Below are positions 51,301 to 64,000 of a stretch of 64,000 nucleotides of DNA, one piece after another. The notes beneath the pieces were generated by a model. The model was not told the origin of the DNA. It worked only from the letters and a program-made list of their open reading frames with translations, and did not search any database. The position numbers and the translations under genes are program-made. Origin of the DNA: Squalus acanthias (Eukaryota); the NCBI GenBank assembly GCA_030390025.1, contig JASTWF010000348.1, positions 372,001 through 436,000 of the forward strand, in the 5' to 3' direction. Every line of letters begins with the position of its first letter. Position 1 is the first letter of the stretch.

Positions 51301-54300
51301 CTGTGTGAGTGGGTATAACACTCTGTTTATATTATAGAACACACTGTGTGAGTGGGTATAACACTCTGTTTATATTATAGAACACACTGTGTGAGTGGGC
51401 TCACACTCTGTTTATATTATAGAACACACTGTGTGAGTGGGCTCACACTCTGTTTATATTATAGAACACACTGTGTGAGTGGGCTCACACTCTGTTTATA
51501 TTATAGAACACACTGTGTGAGTGGGTATAACACTCTGTTTATATTATAGAACACACTGTGTGAGTGGGTATAACACTCTGTTTATATTATAGAACACACT
51601 GTGTGAGTGGGTATAACACTCTGTTTATATTATAGAACACACTGTGTGAGTGGGTATAACACTCTGTTTATATTATAGAACACACTGTGTGAGTGGGCTC
51701 ACACTCTGTTTATATTATAGAACACACTGTGTGAGTGGGTATAACACTCTGTTTATATTATAGAACACACTGTGTGAGTGGGTATAACACTCTGTTTATA
51801 TTATAGAACACACTGTGTGAGTGGGTATAACACTCTGTTTATATTATAGAACACACTGTGTGAGTGGGTATAACACTCTGTTTATATTATAGAACACACT
51901 GTGTGAGTGGGTATAACACTCTGTTTATATTATAGAACACACTGTGTGAGTGGGCTCACACTCTGTTTATATTATAGAACACACTGTGTGAGTGGGTATA
52001 ACACTCTGTTTATATTATAGAACACACTGTGTGAGTGGGCTCACACTCTGTTTATATTATAGAACACACTGTGTGAGTGGGCTCACACTCTGTTTATATT
52101 ATAGAACACACTGTGTGAGTGGGTATAACACTCTGTTTATATTATAGAACACACTGTGTGAGTGGGTATAACACTCTGTTTATATTATAGAACACACTGT
52201 GTGAGTGGGCTCACACTCTGTTTATATTATAGAACACACTGTGTGAGTGGGTATAACACTCTGTTTATATTATAGAACACACTGTGTGAGTGGGTATAAC
52301 ACTCTGTTTATATTATAGAACACACTGTGTGAGTGGGTATAACACTCTGTTTATATTATAGAACACACTGTGTGAGTGGGTATAACACTCTGTTTATATT
52401 ATAGAACACACTGTGTGAGTGGGTATAACACTCTGTTTATATTATAGAACACACTGTGTGAGTGGGCTCACACTCTGTTTATATTATAGAACACACTGTG
52501 TGAGTGGGTATAACACTCTGTTTATATTATAGAACACACTGTGTGAGTGGGTATAACACTCTGTTTATATTATAGAACACACTGTGTGAGTGGGCTCACA
52601 CTCTGTTTATATTATAGAACACACTGTGTGAGTGGGTATAACACTCTGTTTATATTATAGAACACACTGTGTGAGTGGGTATAACACTCTGTTTATATTA
52701 TAGAACACACTGTGTGAGTGGGCTCACACTCTGTTTATATTATAGAACACACTGTGTGAGTGGGCTCACACTCTGTTTATATTATAGAACACACTGTGTG
52801 AGTGGGCTCACACTCTGTTTATATTATAGAACACACTGTGTGAGTGGGTATAACACTCTGTTTATATTATAGAACACACTGTGTGAGTGGGTATAACACT
52901 CTGTTTATATTATAGAACACACTGTGTGAGTGGGCTCACACTCTGTTTATATTATAGAACACACTGTGTGAGTGGGCTCACACTCTGTTTATATTATAGA
53001 ACACACTGTGTGAGTGGGTATAACACTCTGTTTATATTATAGAACACACTGTGTGAGTGGGCTCACACTCTGTTTATATTATAGAACACACTGTGTGAGT
53101 GGGTATAACACTCTGTTTATATTATAGAACACACTGTGTGAGTGGGTATAACACTCTGTTTATATTATAGAACACACTGTGTGAGTGGGTATAACACTCT
53201 GTTTATATTATAGAACACACTGTGTGAGTGGGCTCACACTCTGTTTATATTATAGAACACACTGTGTGAGTGGGTATAACACTCTGTTTATATTATAGAA
53301 CACACTGTGTGAGTGGGCTCACACTCTGTTTATATTATAGAACACACTGTGTGAGTGGGTATAACACTCTGTTTATATTATAGAACACACTGTGTGAGTG
53401 GGCTCACACTCTGTTTATATTATAGAACACACTGTGTGAGTGGGTTCACACTCTGTTTATATTATAGAACACACTGTGTGAGTGGGTATAACACTCTGTT
53501 TATATTATAGAACACACTGTGTGAGTGGGTATAACACTCTGTTTATATTATAGAACACACTGTGTGAGTGGGCTCACACTCTGTTTATATTATAGAACAC
53601 ACTGTGTGAGTGGGCTCACACTCTGTTTATATTATAGAACACACTGTGTGAGTGGGCTCACACTCTGTTTATATTATAGAACACACTGTGTGAGTGGGCT
53701 CACACTCTGTTTATATTATAGAACACACTGTGTGAGTGGGCTCACACTCTGTTTATATTATAGAACACACTGTGTGAGTGGGCTCACACTCTGTTTATAT
53801 TATAGAACACACTGTGTGAGTGGGTATAACACTCTGTTTATATTATAGAACACACTGTGTGAGTGGGTATAACACTCTGTTTATATTATAGAACACACTG
53901 TGTGAGTGGGCTCACACTCTGTTTATATTATAGAACACACTGTGTGAGTGGGCTCACACTCTGTTTATATTATAGAACACACTGTGTGAGTGGGTATAAC
54001 ACTCTGTTTATATTATAGAACACACTGTGTGAGTGGGTATAACACTCTGTTTATATTATAGAACACACTGTGTGAGTGGGCTCACACTCTGTTTATATTA
54101 TAGAACACACTGTGTGAGTGGGCTCACACTCTGTTTATATTATAGAACACACTGTGTGAGTGGGTATAACACTCTGTTTATATTATAGAACACACTGTGT
54201 GAGTGGGTATAACACTCTGTTTATATTATAGAACACACTGTGTGAGTGGGCTCACACTCTGTTTATATTATAGAACACACTGTGTGAGTGGGTATAACAC

Positions 54301-57300
54301 TCTGTTTATATTATAGAACACACTGTGTGAGTGGGTATAACACTCTGTTTATATTATAGAACACACTGTGTGAGTGGGTATAACACTCTGTTTATATTAT
54401 AGAACACACTGTGTGAGTGGGCTCACACTCTGTTTATATTATAGAACACACTGTGTGAGTGGGTATAACACTCTGTTTATATTATAGAACACACTGTGTG
54501 AGTGGGTATAACACTCTGTTTATATTATAGAACACACTGTGTGAGTGGGTATAACACTCTGTTTATATTATAGAACACACTGTGTGAGTGGGTATAACAC
54601 TCTGTTTATATTATAGAACACACTGTGTGAGTGGGTATAACACTCTGTTTATATTATAGAACACACTGTGTGAGTGGGCTCACACTCTGTTTATATTATA
54701 GAACACACTGTGTGAGTGGGCTCACACTCTGTTTATATTATAGAACACACTGTGTGAGTGGGTATAACACTCTGTTTATATTATAGAACACACTGTGTGA
54801 GTGGGCTCACACTCTGTTTATATTATAGAACACACTGTGTGAGTGGGCTCACACTCTGTTTATATTATAGAACACACTGTGTGAGTGGGTATAACACTCT
54901 GTTTATATTATAGAACACACTGTGTGAGTGGGCTCACACTCTGTTTATATTATAGAACACACTGTGTGAGTGGGCTCACACTCTGTTTATATTATAGAAC
55001 ACACTGTGTGAGTGGGTATAACACTCTGTTTATATTATAGAACACACTGTGTGAGTGGGTATAACACTCTGTTTATATTATAGAACACACTGTGTGAGTG
55101 GGTATAACACTCTGTTTATATTATAGAACACACTGTGTGAGTGGGTATAACACTCTGTTTATATTATAGAACACACTGTGTGAGTGGGTATAACACTCTG
55201 TTTATATTATAGAACACACTGTGTGAGTGGGTATAACACTCTGTTTATATTATAGAACACACTGTGTGAGTGGGTATAACACTCTGTTTATATTATAGAA
55301 CACACTGTGTGAGTGGGTATAACACTCTGTTTATATTATAGAACACACTGTGTGAGTGGGCTCACACTCTGTTTATATTATAGAACACACTGTGTGAGTG
55401 GGTATAACACTCTGTTTATATTATAGAACACACTGTGTGAGTGGGTATAACACTCTGTTTATATTATAGAACACACTGTGTGAGTGGGTATAACACTCTG
55501 TTTATATTATAGAACACACTGTGTGAGTGGGTATAACACTCTGTTTATATTATAGAACACACTGTGTGAGTGGGTATAACACTCTGTTTATATTATAGAA
55601 CACACTGTGTGAGTGGGTATAACACTCTGTTTATATTATAGAACACACTGTGTGAGTGGGTATAACACTCTGTTTATATTATAGAACACACTGTGTGAGT
55701 GGGTATAACACTCTGTTTATATTATAGAACACACTGTGTGAGTGGGTATAACACTCTGTTTATATTATAGAACACACTGTGTGAGTGGGCTCACACTCTG
55801 TTTATATTATAGAACACACTGTGTGAGTGGGTATAACACTCTGTTTATATTATAGAACACACTGTGTGAGTGGGTATAACACTCTGTTTATATTATAGAA
55901 CACACTGTGTGAGTGGGCTCACACTCTGTTTATATTATAGAACACACTGTGTGAGTGGGTATAACACTCTGTTTATATTATAGAACACACTGTGTGAGTG
56001 GGTATAACACTCTGTTTATATTATAGAACACACTGTGTGAGTGGGTATAACACTCTGTTTATATTATAGAACACACTGTGTGAGTGGGCTCACACTCTGT
56101 TTATATTATAGAACACACTGTGTGAGTGGGTATAACACTCTGTTTATATTATAGAACACACTGTGTGAGTGGGTATAACACTCTGTTTATATTATAGAAC
56201 ACACTGTGTGAGTGGGCTCACACTCTGTTTATATTATAGAACACACTGTGTGAGTGGGTATAACACTCTGTTTATATTATAGAACACACTGTGTGAGTGG
56301 GTATAACACTCTGTTTATATTATAGAACACACTGTGTGAGTGGGTATAACACTCTGTTTATATTATAGAACACACTGTGTGAGTGGGTATAACACTCTGT
56401 TTATATTATAGAACACACTGTGTGAGTGGGCTCACACTCTGTTTATATTATAGAACACACTGTGTGAGTGGGCTCACACTCTGTTTATATTATAGAACAC
56501 ACTGTGTGAGTGGGTATAACACTCTGTTTATATTATAGAACACACTGTGTGAGTGGGTATAACACTCTGTTTATATTATAGAACACACTGTGTGAGTGGG
56601 TATAACACTCTGTTTATATTATAGAACACACTGTGTGAGTGGGTATAACACTCTGTTTATATTATAGAACACACTGTGTGAGTGGGTATAACACTCTGTT
56701 TATATTATAGAACACACTGTGTGAGTGGGTATAACACTCTGTTTATATTATAGAACACACTGTGTGAGTGGGCTCACACTCTGTTTATATTATAGAACAC
56801 ACTGTGTGAGTGGGCTCACACTCTGTTTATATTATAGAACACACTGTGTGAGTGGGTATAACACTCTGTTTATATTATAGAACACACTGTGTGAGTGGGC
56901 TCACACTCTGTTTATATTATAGAACACACTGTGTGAGTGGGCTCACACTCTGTTTATATTATAGAACACACTGTGTGAGTGGGTATAACACTCTGTTTAT
57001 ATTATAGAACACACTGTGTGAGTGGGCTCACACTCTGTTTATATTATAGAACACACTGTGTGAGTGGGTATAACACTCTGTTTATATTATAGAACACACT
57101 GTGTGAGTGGGTATAACACTCTGTTTATATTATAGAACACACTGTGTGAGTGGGTATAACACTCTGTTTATATTATAGAACACACTGTGTGAGTGGGTAT
57201 AACACTCTGTTTATATTATAGAACACACTGTGTGAGTGGGCTCACACTCTGTTTATATTATAGAACACACTGTGTGAGTGGGCTCACACTCTGTTTATAT

Positions 57301-60300
57301 TATAGAACACACTGTGTGAGTGGGCTCACACTCTGTTTATATTATAGAACACACTGTGTGAGTGGGTATAACACTCTGTTTATATTATAGAACACACTGT
57401 GTGAGTGGGTATAACACTCTGTTTATATTATAGAACACACTGTGTGAGTGGGTATAACACTCTGTTTATATTATAGAACACACTGTGTGAGTGGGCTCAC
57501 ACTCTGTTTATATTATAGAACACACTGTGTGAGTGGGTATAACACTCTGTTTATATTATAGAACACACTGTGTGAGTGGGTATAACACTCTGTTTATATT
57601 ATAGAACACACTGTGTGAGTGGGCTCACACTCTGTTTATATTATAGAACACACTGTGTGAGTGGGTATAACACTCTGTTTATATTATAGAACACACTGTG
57701 TGAGTGGGCTCACACTCTGTTTATATTATAGAACACACTGTGTGAGTGGGCTCACACTCTGTTTATATTATAGAACACACTGTGTGAGTGGGCTCACACT
57801 CTGTTTATATTATAGAACACACTGTGTGAGTGGGCTCACACTCTGTTTATATTATAGAACACACTGTGTGAGTGGGCTCACACTCTGTTTATATTATAGA
57901 ACACACTGTGTGAGTGGGCTCACACTCTGTTTATATTATAGAACACACTGTGTGAGTGGGTATAACACTCTGTTTATATTATAGAACACACTGTGTGAGT
58001 GGGTATAACACTCTGTTTATATTATAGAACACACTGTGTGAGTGGGCTCACACTCTGTTTATATTATAGAACACACTGTGTGAGTGGGTATAACACTCTG
58101 TTTATATTATAGAACACACTGTGAGTGGGTATAACACTCTGTTTATATTATAGAACACACTGTGTGAGTGGGTATAACACTCTGTTTATATTATAGAACA
58201 CACTGTGTGAGTGGGTATAACACTCTGTTTATATTATAGAACACACTGTGTGAGTGGGCTCACACTCTGTTTATATTATAGAACACACTGTGTGAGTGGG
58301 TATAACACTCTGTTTATATTATAGAACACACTGTGTGAGTGGGTATAACACTCTGTTTATATTATAGAACACACTGTGTGAGTGGGCTCACACTCTGTTT
58401 ATATTATAGAACACACTGTGTGAGTGGGTATAACACTCTGTTTATATTATAGAACACACTGTGTGAGTGGGTATAACACTCTGTTTATATTATAGAACAC
58501 ACTGTGTGAGTGGGCTCACACTCTGTTTATATTATAGAACACACTGTGTGAGTGGGTATAACACTCTGTTTATATTATAGAACACACTGTGTGAGTGGGC
58601 TCACACTCTGTTTATATTATAGAACACACTGTGTGAGTGGGTATAACACTCTGTTTATATTATAGAACACACTGTGTGAGTGGGCTCACACTCTGTTTAT
58701 ATTATAGAACACACTGTGTGAGTGGGTATAACACTCTGTTTATATTATAGAACACACTGTGTGAGTGGGTATAACACTCTGTTTATATTATAGAACACAC
58801 TGTGTGAGTGGGCTCACACTCTGTTTATATTATAGAACACACTGTGTGAGTGGGCTCACACTCTGTTTATATTATAGAACACACTGTGAGTGGGTATAAC
58901 ACTCTGTTTATATTATAGAACACACTGTGTGAGTGGGCTCACACTCTGTTTATATTATAGAACACACTGTGTGAGTGGGTATAACACTCTGTTTATATTA
59001 TAGAACACACTGTGTGAGTGGGCTCACACTCTGTTTATATTATAGAACACACTGTGTGAGTGGGTATAACACTCTGTTTATATTATAGAACACACTGTGT
59101 GAGTGGGCTCACACTCTGTTTATATTATAGAACACACTGTGTGAGTGGGCTCACACTCTGTTTATATTATAGAACACACTGTGTGAGTGGGTATAACACT
59201 CTGTTTATATTATAGAACACACTGTGTGAGTGGGTATAACACTCTGTTTATATTATAGAACACACTGTGTGAGTGGGCTCACACTCTGTTTATATTATAG
59301 AACACACTGTGTGAGTGGGCTCACACTCTGTTTATATTATAGAACACACTGTGTGAGTGGGCTCACACTCTGTTTATATTATAGAACACACTGTGTGAGT
59401 GGGCTCACACTCTGTTTATATTATAGAACACACTGTGTGAGTGGGCTCACACTCTGTTTATATTATAGAACACACTGTGTGAGTGGGCTCACACTCTGTT
59501 TATATTATAGAACACACTGTGTGAGTGGGTATAACACTCTGTTTATATTATAGAACACACTGTGTGAGTGGGTATAACACTCTGTTTATATTATAGAACA
59601 CACTGTGTGAGTGGGTATAACACTCTGTTTATATTATAGAACACACTGTGTGAGTGGGCTCACACTCTGTTTATATTATAGAACACACTGTGTGAGTGGG
59701 CTCACACTCTGTTTATATTATAGAACACACTGTGTGAGTGGGTATAACACTCTGTTTATATTATAGAACACACTGTGTGAGTGGGTATAACACTCTGTTT
59801 ATATTATAGAACACACTGTGTGAGTGGGTATAACACTCTGTTTATATTATAGAACACACTGTGTGAGTGGGTATAACACTCTGTTTATATTATAGAACAC
59901 ACTGTGTGAGTGGGTATAACACTCTGTTTATATTATAGAACACACTGTGTGAGTGGGCTCACACTCTGTTTATATTATAGAACACACTGTGTGAGTGGGT
60001 ATAACACTCTGTTTATATTATAGAACACACTGTGTGAGTGGGCTCACACTCTGTTTATATTATAGAACACACTGTGTGAGTGGGTATAACACTCTGTTTA
60101 TATTATAGAACACACTGTGTGAGTGGGCTCACACTCTGTTTATATTATAGAACACACTGTGTGAGTGGGCTCACACTCTGTTTATATTATAGAACACACT
60201 GTGTGAGTGGGCTCACACTCTGTTTATATTATAGAACACACTGTGTGAGTGGGCTCACACTCTGTTTATATTATAGAACACACTGTGTGAGTGGGTATAA

Positions 60301-63300
60301 CACTCTGTTTATATTATAGAACACACTGTGTGAGTGGGTATAACACTCTGTTTATATTATAGAACACACTGTGTGAGTGGGCTCACACTCTGTTTATATT
60401 ATAGAACACACTGTGTGAGTGGGCTCACACTCTGTTTATATTATAGAACACACTGTGTGAGTGGGCTCACACTCTGTTTATATTATAGAACACACTGTGT
60501 GAGTGGGCTCACACTCTGTTTATATTATAGAACACACTGTGTGAGTGGGTATAACACTCTGTTTATATTATAGAACACACTGTGTGAGTGGGTATAACAC
60601 TCTGTTTATATTATAGAACACACTGTGTGAGTGGGCTCACACTCTGTTTATATTATAGAACACACTGTGTGAGTGGGTATAACACTCTGTTTATATTATA
60701 GAACACACTGTGTGAGTGGGTATAACACTCTGTTTATATTATAGAACACACTGTGTGAGTGGGTATAACACTCTGTTTATATTATAGAACACACTGTGTG
60801 AGTGGGTATAACACTCTGTTTATATTATAGAACACACTGTGTGAGTGGGCTCACACTCTGTTTATATTATAGAACACACTGTGTGAGTGGGTATAACACT
60901 CTGTTTATATTATAGAACACACTGTGTGAGTGGGTATAACACTCTGTTTATATTATAGAACACACTGTGTGAGTGGGCTCACACTCTGTTTATATTATAG
61001 AACACACTGTGTGAGTGGGTATAACACTCTGTTTATATTATAGAACACACTGTGTGAGTGGGTATAACACTCTGTTTATATTATAGAACACACTGTGTGA
61101 GTGGGTATAACACTCTGTTTATATTATAGAACACACTGTGTGAGTGGGTATAACACTCTGTTTATATTATAGAACACACTGTGTGAGTGGGCTCACACTC
61201 TGTTTATATTATAGAACACACTGTGTGAGTGGGTATAACACTCTGTTTATATTATAGAACACACTGTGTGAGTGGGTATAACACTCTGTTTATATTATAG
61301 AACACACTGTGTGAGTGGGCTCACACTCTGTTTATATTATAGAACACACTGTGTGAGTGGGTATAACACTCTGTTTATATTATAGAACACACTGTGTGAG
61401 TGGGTATAACACTCTGTTTATATTATAGAACACACTGTGTGAGTGGGCTCACACTCTGTTTATATTATAGAACACACTGTGTGAGTGGGTATAACACTCT
61501 GTTTATATTATAGAACACACTGTGTGAGTGGGTATAACACTCTGTTTATATTATAGAACACACTGTGTGAGTGGGTATAACACTCTGTTTATATTATAGA
61601 ACACACTGTGTGAGTGGGCTCACACTCTGTTTATATTATAGAACACACTGTGTGAGTGGGTATAACACTCTGTTTATATTATAGAACACACTGTGTGAGT
61701 GGGTATAACACTCTGTTTATATTATAGAACACACTGTGTGAGTGGGCTCACACTCTGTTTATATTATAGAACACACTGTGTGAGTGGGTATAACACTCTG
61801 TTTATATTATAGAACACACTGTGTGAGTGGGCTCACACTCTGTTTATATTATAGAACACACTGTGTGAGTGGGCTCACACTCTGTTTATATTATAGAACA
61901 CACTGTGTGAGTGGGCTCACACTCTGTTTATATTATAGAACACACTGTGTGAGTGGGCTCACACTCTGTTTATATTATAGAACACACTGTGTGAGTGGGT
62001 ATAACACTCTGTTTATATTATAGAACACACTGTGTGAGTGGGCTCACACTCTGTTTATATTATAGAACACACTGTGTGAGTGGGCTCACACTCTGTTTAT
62101 ATTATAGAACACACTGTGTGAGTGGGTATAACACTCTGTTTATATTATAGAACACACTGTGTGAGTGGGCTCACACTCTGTTTATATTATAGAACACACT
62201 GTGTGAGTGGGCTCACACTCTGTTTATATTATAGAACACACTGTGTGAGTGGGTATAACACTCTGTTTATATTATAGAACACACTGTGTGAGTGGGTATA
62301 ACACTCTGTTTATATTATAGAACACACTGTGTGAGTGGGTATAACACTCTGTTTATATTATAGAACACACTGTGTGAGTGGGTATAACACTCTGTTTATA
62401 TTATAGAACACACTGTGTGAGTGGGTATAACACTCTGTTTATATTATAGAACACACTGTGTGAGTGGGCTCACACTCTGTTTATATTATAGAACACACTG
62501 TGTGAGTGGGCTCACACTCTGTTTATATTATAGAACACACTGTGTGAGTGGGCTCACACTCTGTTTATATTATAGAACACACTGTGTGAGTGGGCTAACA
62601 CTCTGTTTATATTATAGAACACACTGTGTGAGTGGGCTCACACTCTGTTTATATTATAGAACACACTGTGTGAGTGGGTATAACACTCTGTTTATATTAT
62701 AGAACACACTGTGTGAGTGGGCTCACACTCTGTTTATATTATAGAACACACTGTGTGAGTGGGCTCACACTCTGTTTATATTATAGAACACACTGTGTGA
62801 GTGGGTATAACACTCTGTTTATATTATAGAACACACTGTGTGAGTGGGTATAACACTCTGTTTATATTATAGAACACACTGTGTGAGTGGGTATAACACT
62901 CTGTTTATATTATAGAACACACTGTGTGAGTGGGTATAACACTCTGTTTATATTATAGAACACACTGTGTGAGTGGGTATAACACTCTGTTTATATTATA
63001 GAACACACTGTGTGAGTGGGTATAACACTCTGTTTATATTATAGAACACACTGTGTGAGTGGGCTCACACTCTGTTTATATTATAGAACACACTGTGTGA
63101 GTGGGTATAACACTCTGTTTATATTATAGAACACACTGTGTGAGTGGGTATAACACTCTGTTTATATTATAGAACACACTGTGTGAGTGGGTATAACACT
63201 CTGTTTATATTATAGAACACACTGTGTGAGTGGGTATAACACTCTGTTTATATTATAGAACACACTGTGTGAGTGGGCTCACACTCTGTTTATATTATAG

Positions 63301-64000
63301 AACACACTGTGTGAGTGGGTATAACACTCTGTTTATATTATAGAACACACTGTGTGAGTGGGCTCACACTCTGTTTATATTATAGAACACACTGTGTGAG
63401 TGGGCTCACACTCTGTTTATATTATAGAACACACTGTGTGAGTGGGTATAACACTCTGTTTATATTATAGAACACACTGTGTGAGTGGGTATAACACTCT
63501 GTTTATATTATAGAACACACTGTGTGAGTGGGTATAACACTCTGTTTATATTATAGAACACACTGTGTGAGTGGGCTCACACTCTGTTTATATTATAGAA
63601 CACACTGTGTGAGTGGGCTCACACTCTGTTTATATTATAGAACACACTGTGTGAGTGGGTATAACACTCTGTTTATATTATAGAACACACTGTGTGAGTG
63701 GGCTCACACTCTGTTTATATTATAGAACACACTGTGTGAGTGGGTATAACACTCTGTTTATATTATAGAACACACTGTGTGAGTGGGCTCACACTCTGTT
63801 TATATTATAGAACACACTGTGTGAGTGGGTATAACACTCTGTTTATATTATAGAACACACTGTGTGAGTGGGCTCACACTCTGTTTATATTATAGAACAC
63901 ACTGTGTGAGTGGGTATAACACTCTGTTTATATTATAGAACACACTGTGTGAGTGGGCTCACACTCTGTTTATATTATAGAACACACTGTGTGAGTGGGT
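45345..64000. repeat. Highly homogeneous 43/42-bp satellite, about 440 copies, open at the window end
   Basis: Type A gggtataacactctgtttatattatagaacacactgtgtgagt (43 bp) and type B gggctcacactctg... (42 bp) are interspersed. Confidence 0.99.

Noticed and set aside
45345..64000. CRISPR-like array, or repeated 'GLTLCLYYRTHCVS' proteins
   Set aside because: No unique spacers and no cas genes. The ORFs arise only because runs of the 42-bp unit are a multiple of 3.

Overview
Eukaryotic, repeat-dense vertebrate DNA. The repeat families (HE1/V-SINE-like, Deu-domain SINE, CR1, L2, Penelope, PIF/Harbinger) point to a cartilaginous fish (shark). The only host gene I can support is the 5' end of a group II transmembrane adenylyl cyclase (ADCY2/4/7 subfamily; ADCY2-like, possibly the ADCY4 orthologue) on the minus strand. 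It has two coding exons here (19371-19189 and 16864-16667) and continues beyond position 1. About half the window is six tandem-repeat arrays (67, 28, 69, 40, 49/51 and 42/43 bp units); the last runs >18 kb to the window end with two interspersed unit types. Most of the rest is nested transposon debris. The most notable structures are: a cluster of Penelope-type minimal hammerhead ribozyme motifs in palindromes inside the cyclase intron; inverted duplications of neighbouring DNA beside Penelope ends; an ORF1-less LINE with a tRNA/SINE-like head; and a satellite variant that looks like a template-switch product. Most listed ORFs are repeat or microsatellite artefacts. Family assignments are from recall and by-eye comparison, not database searches, and many TE boundaries are approximate.
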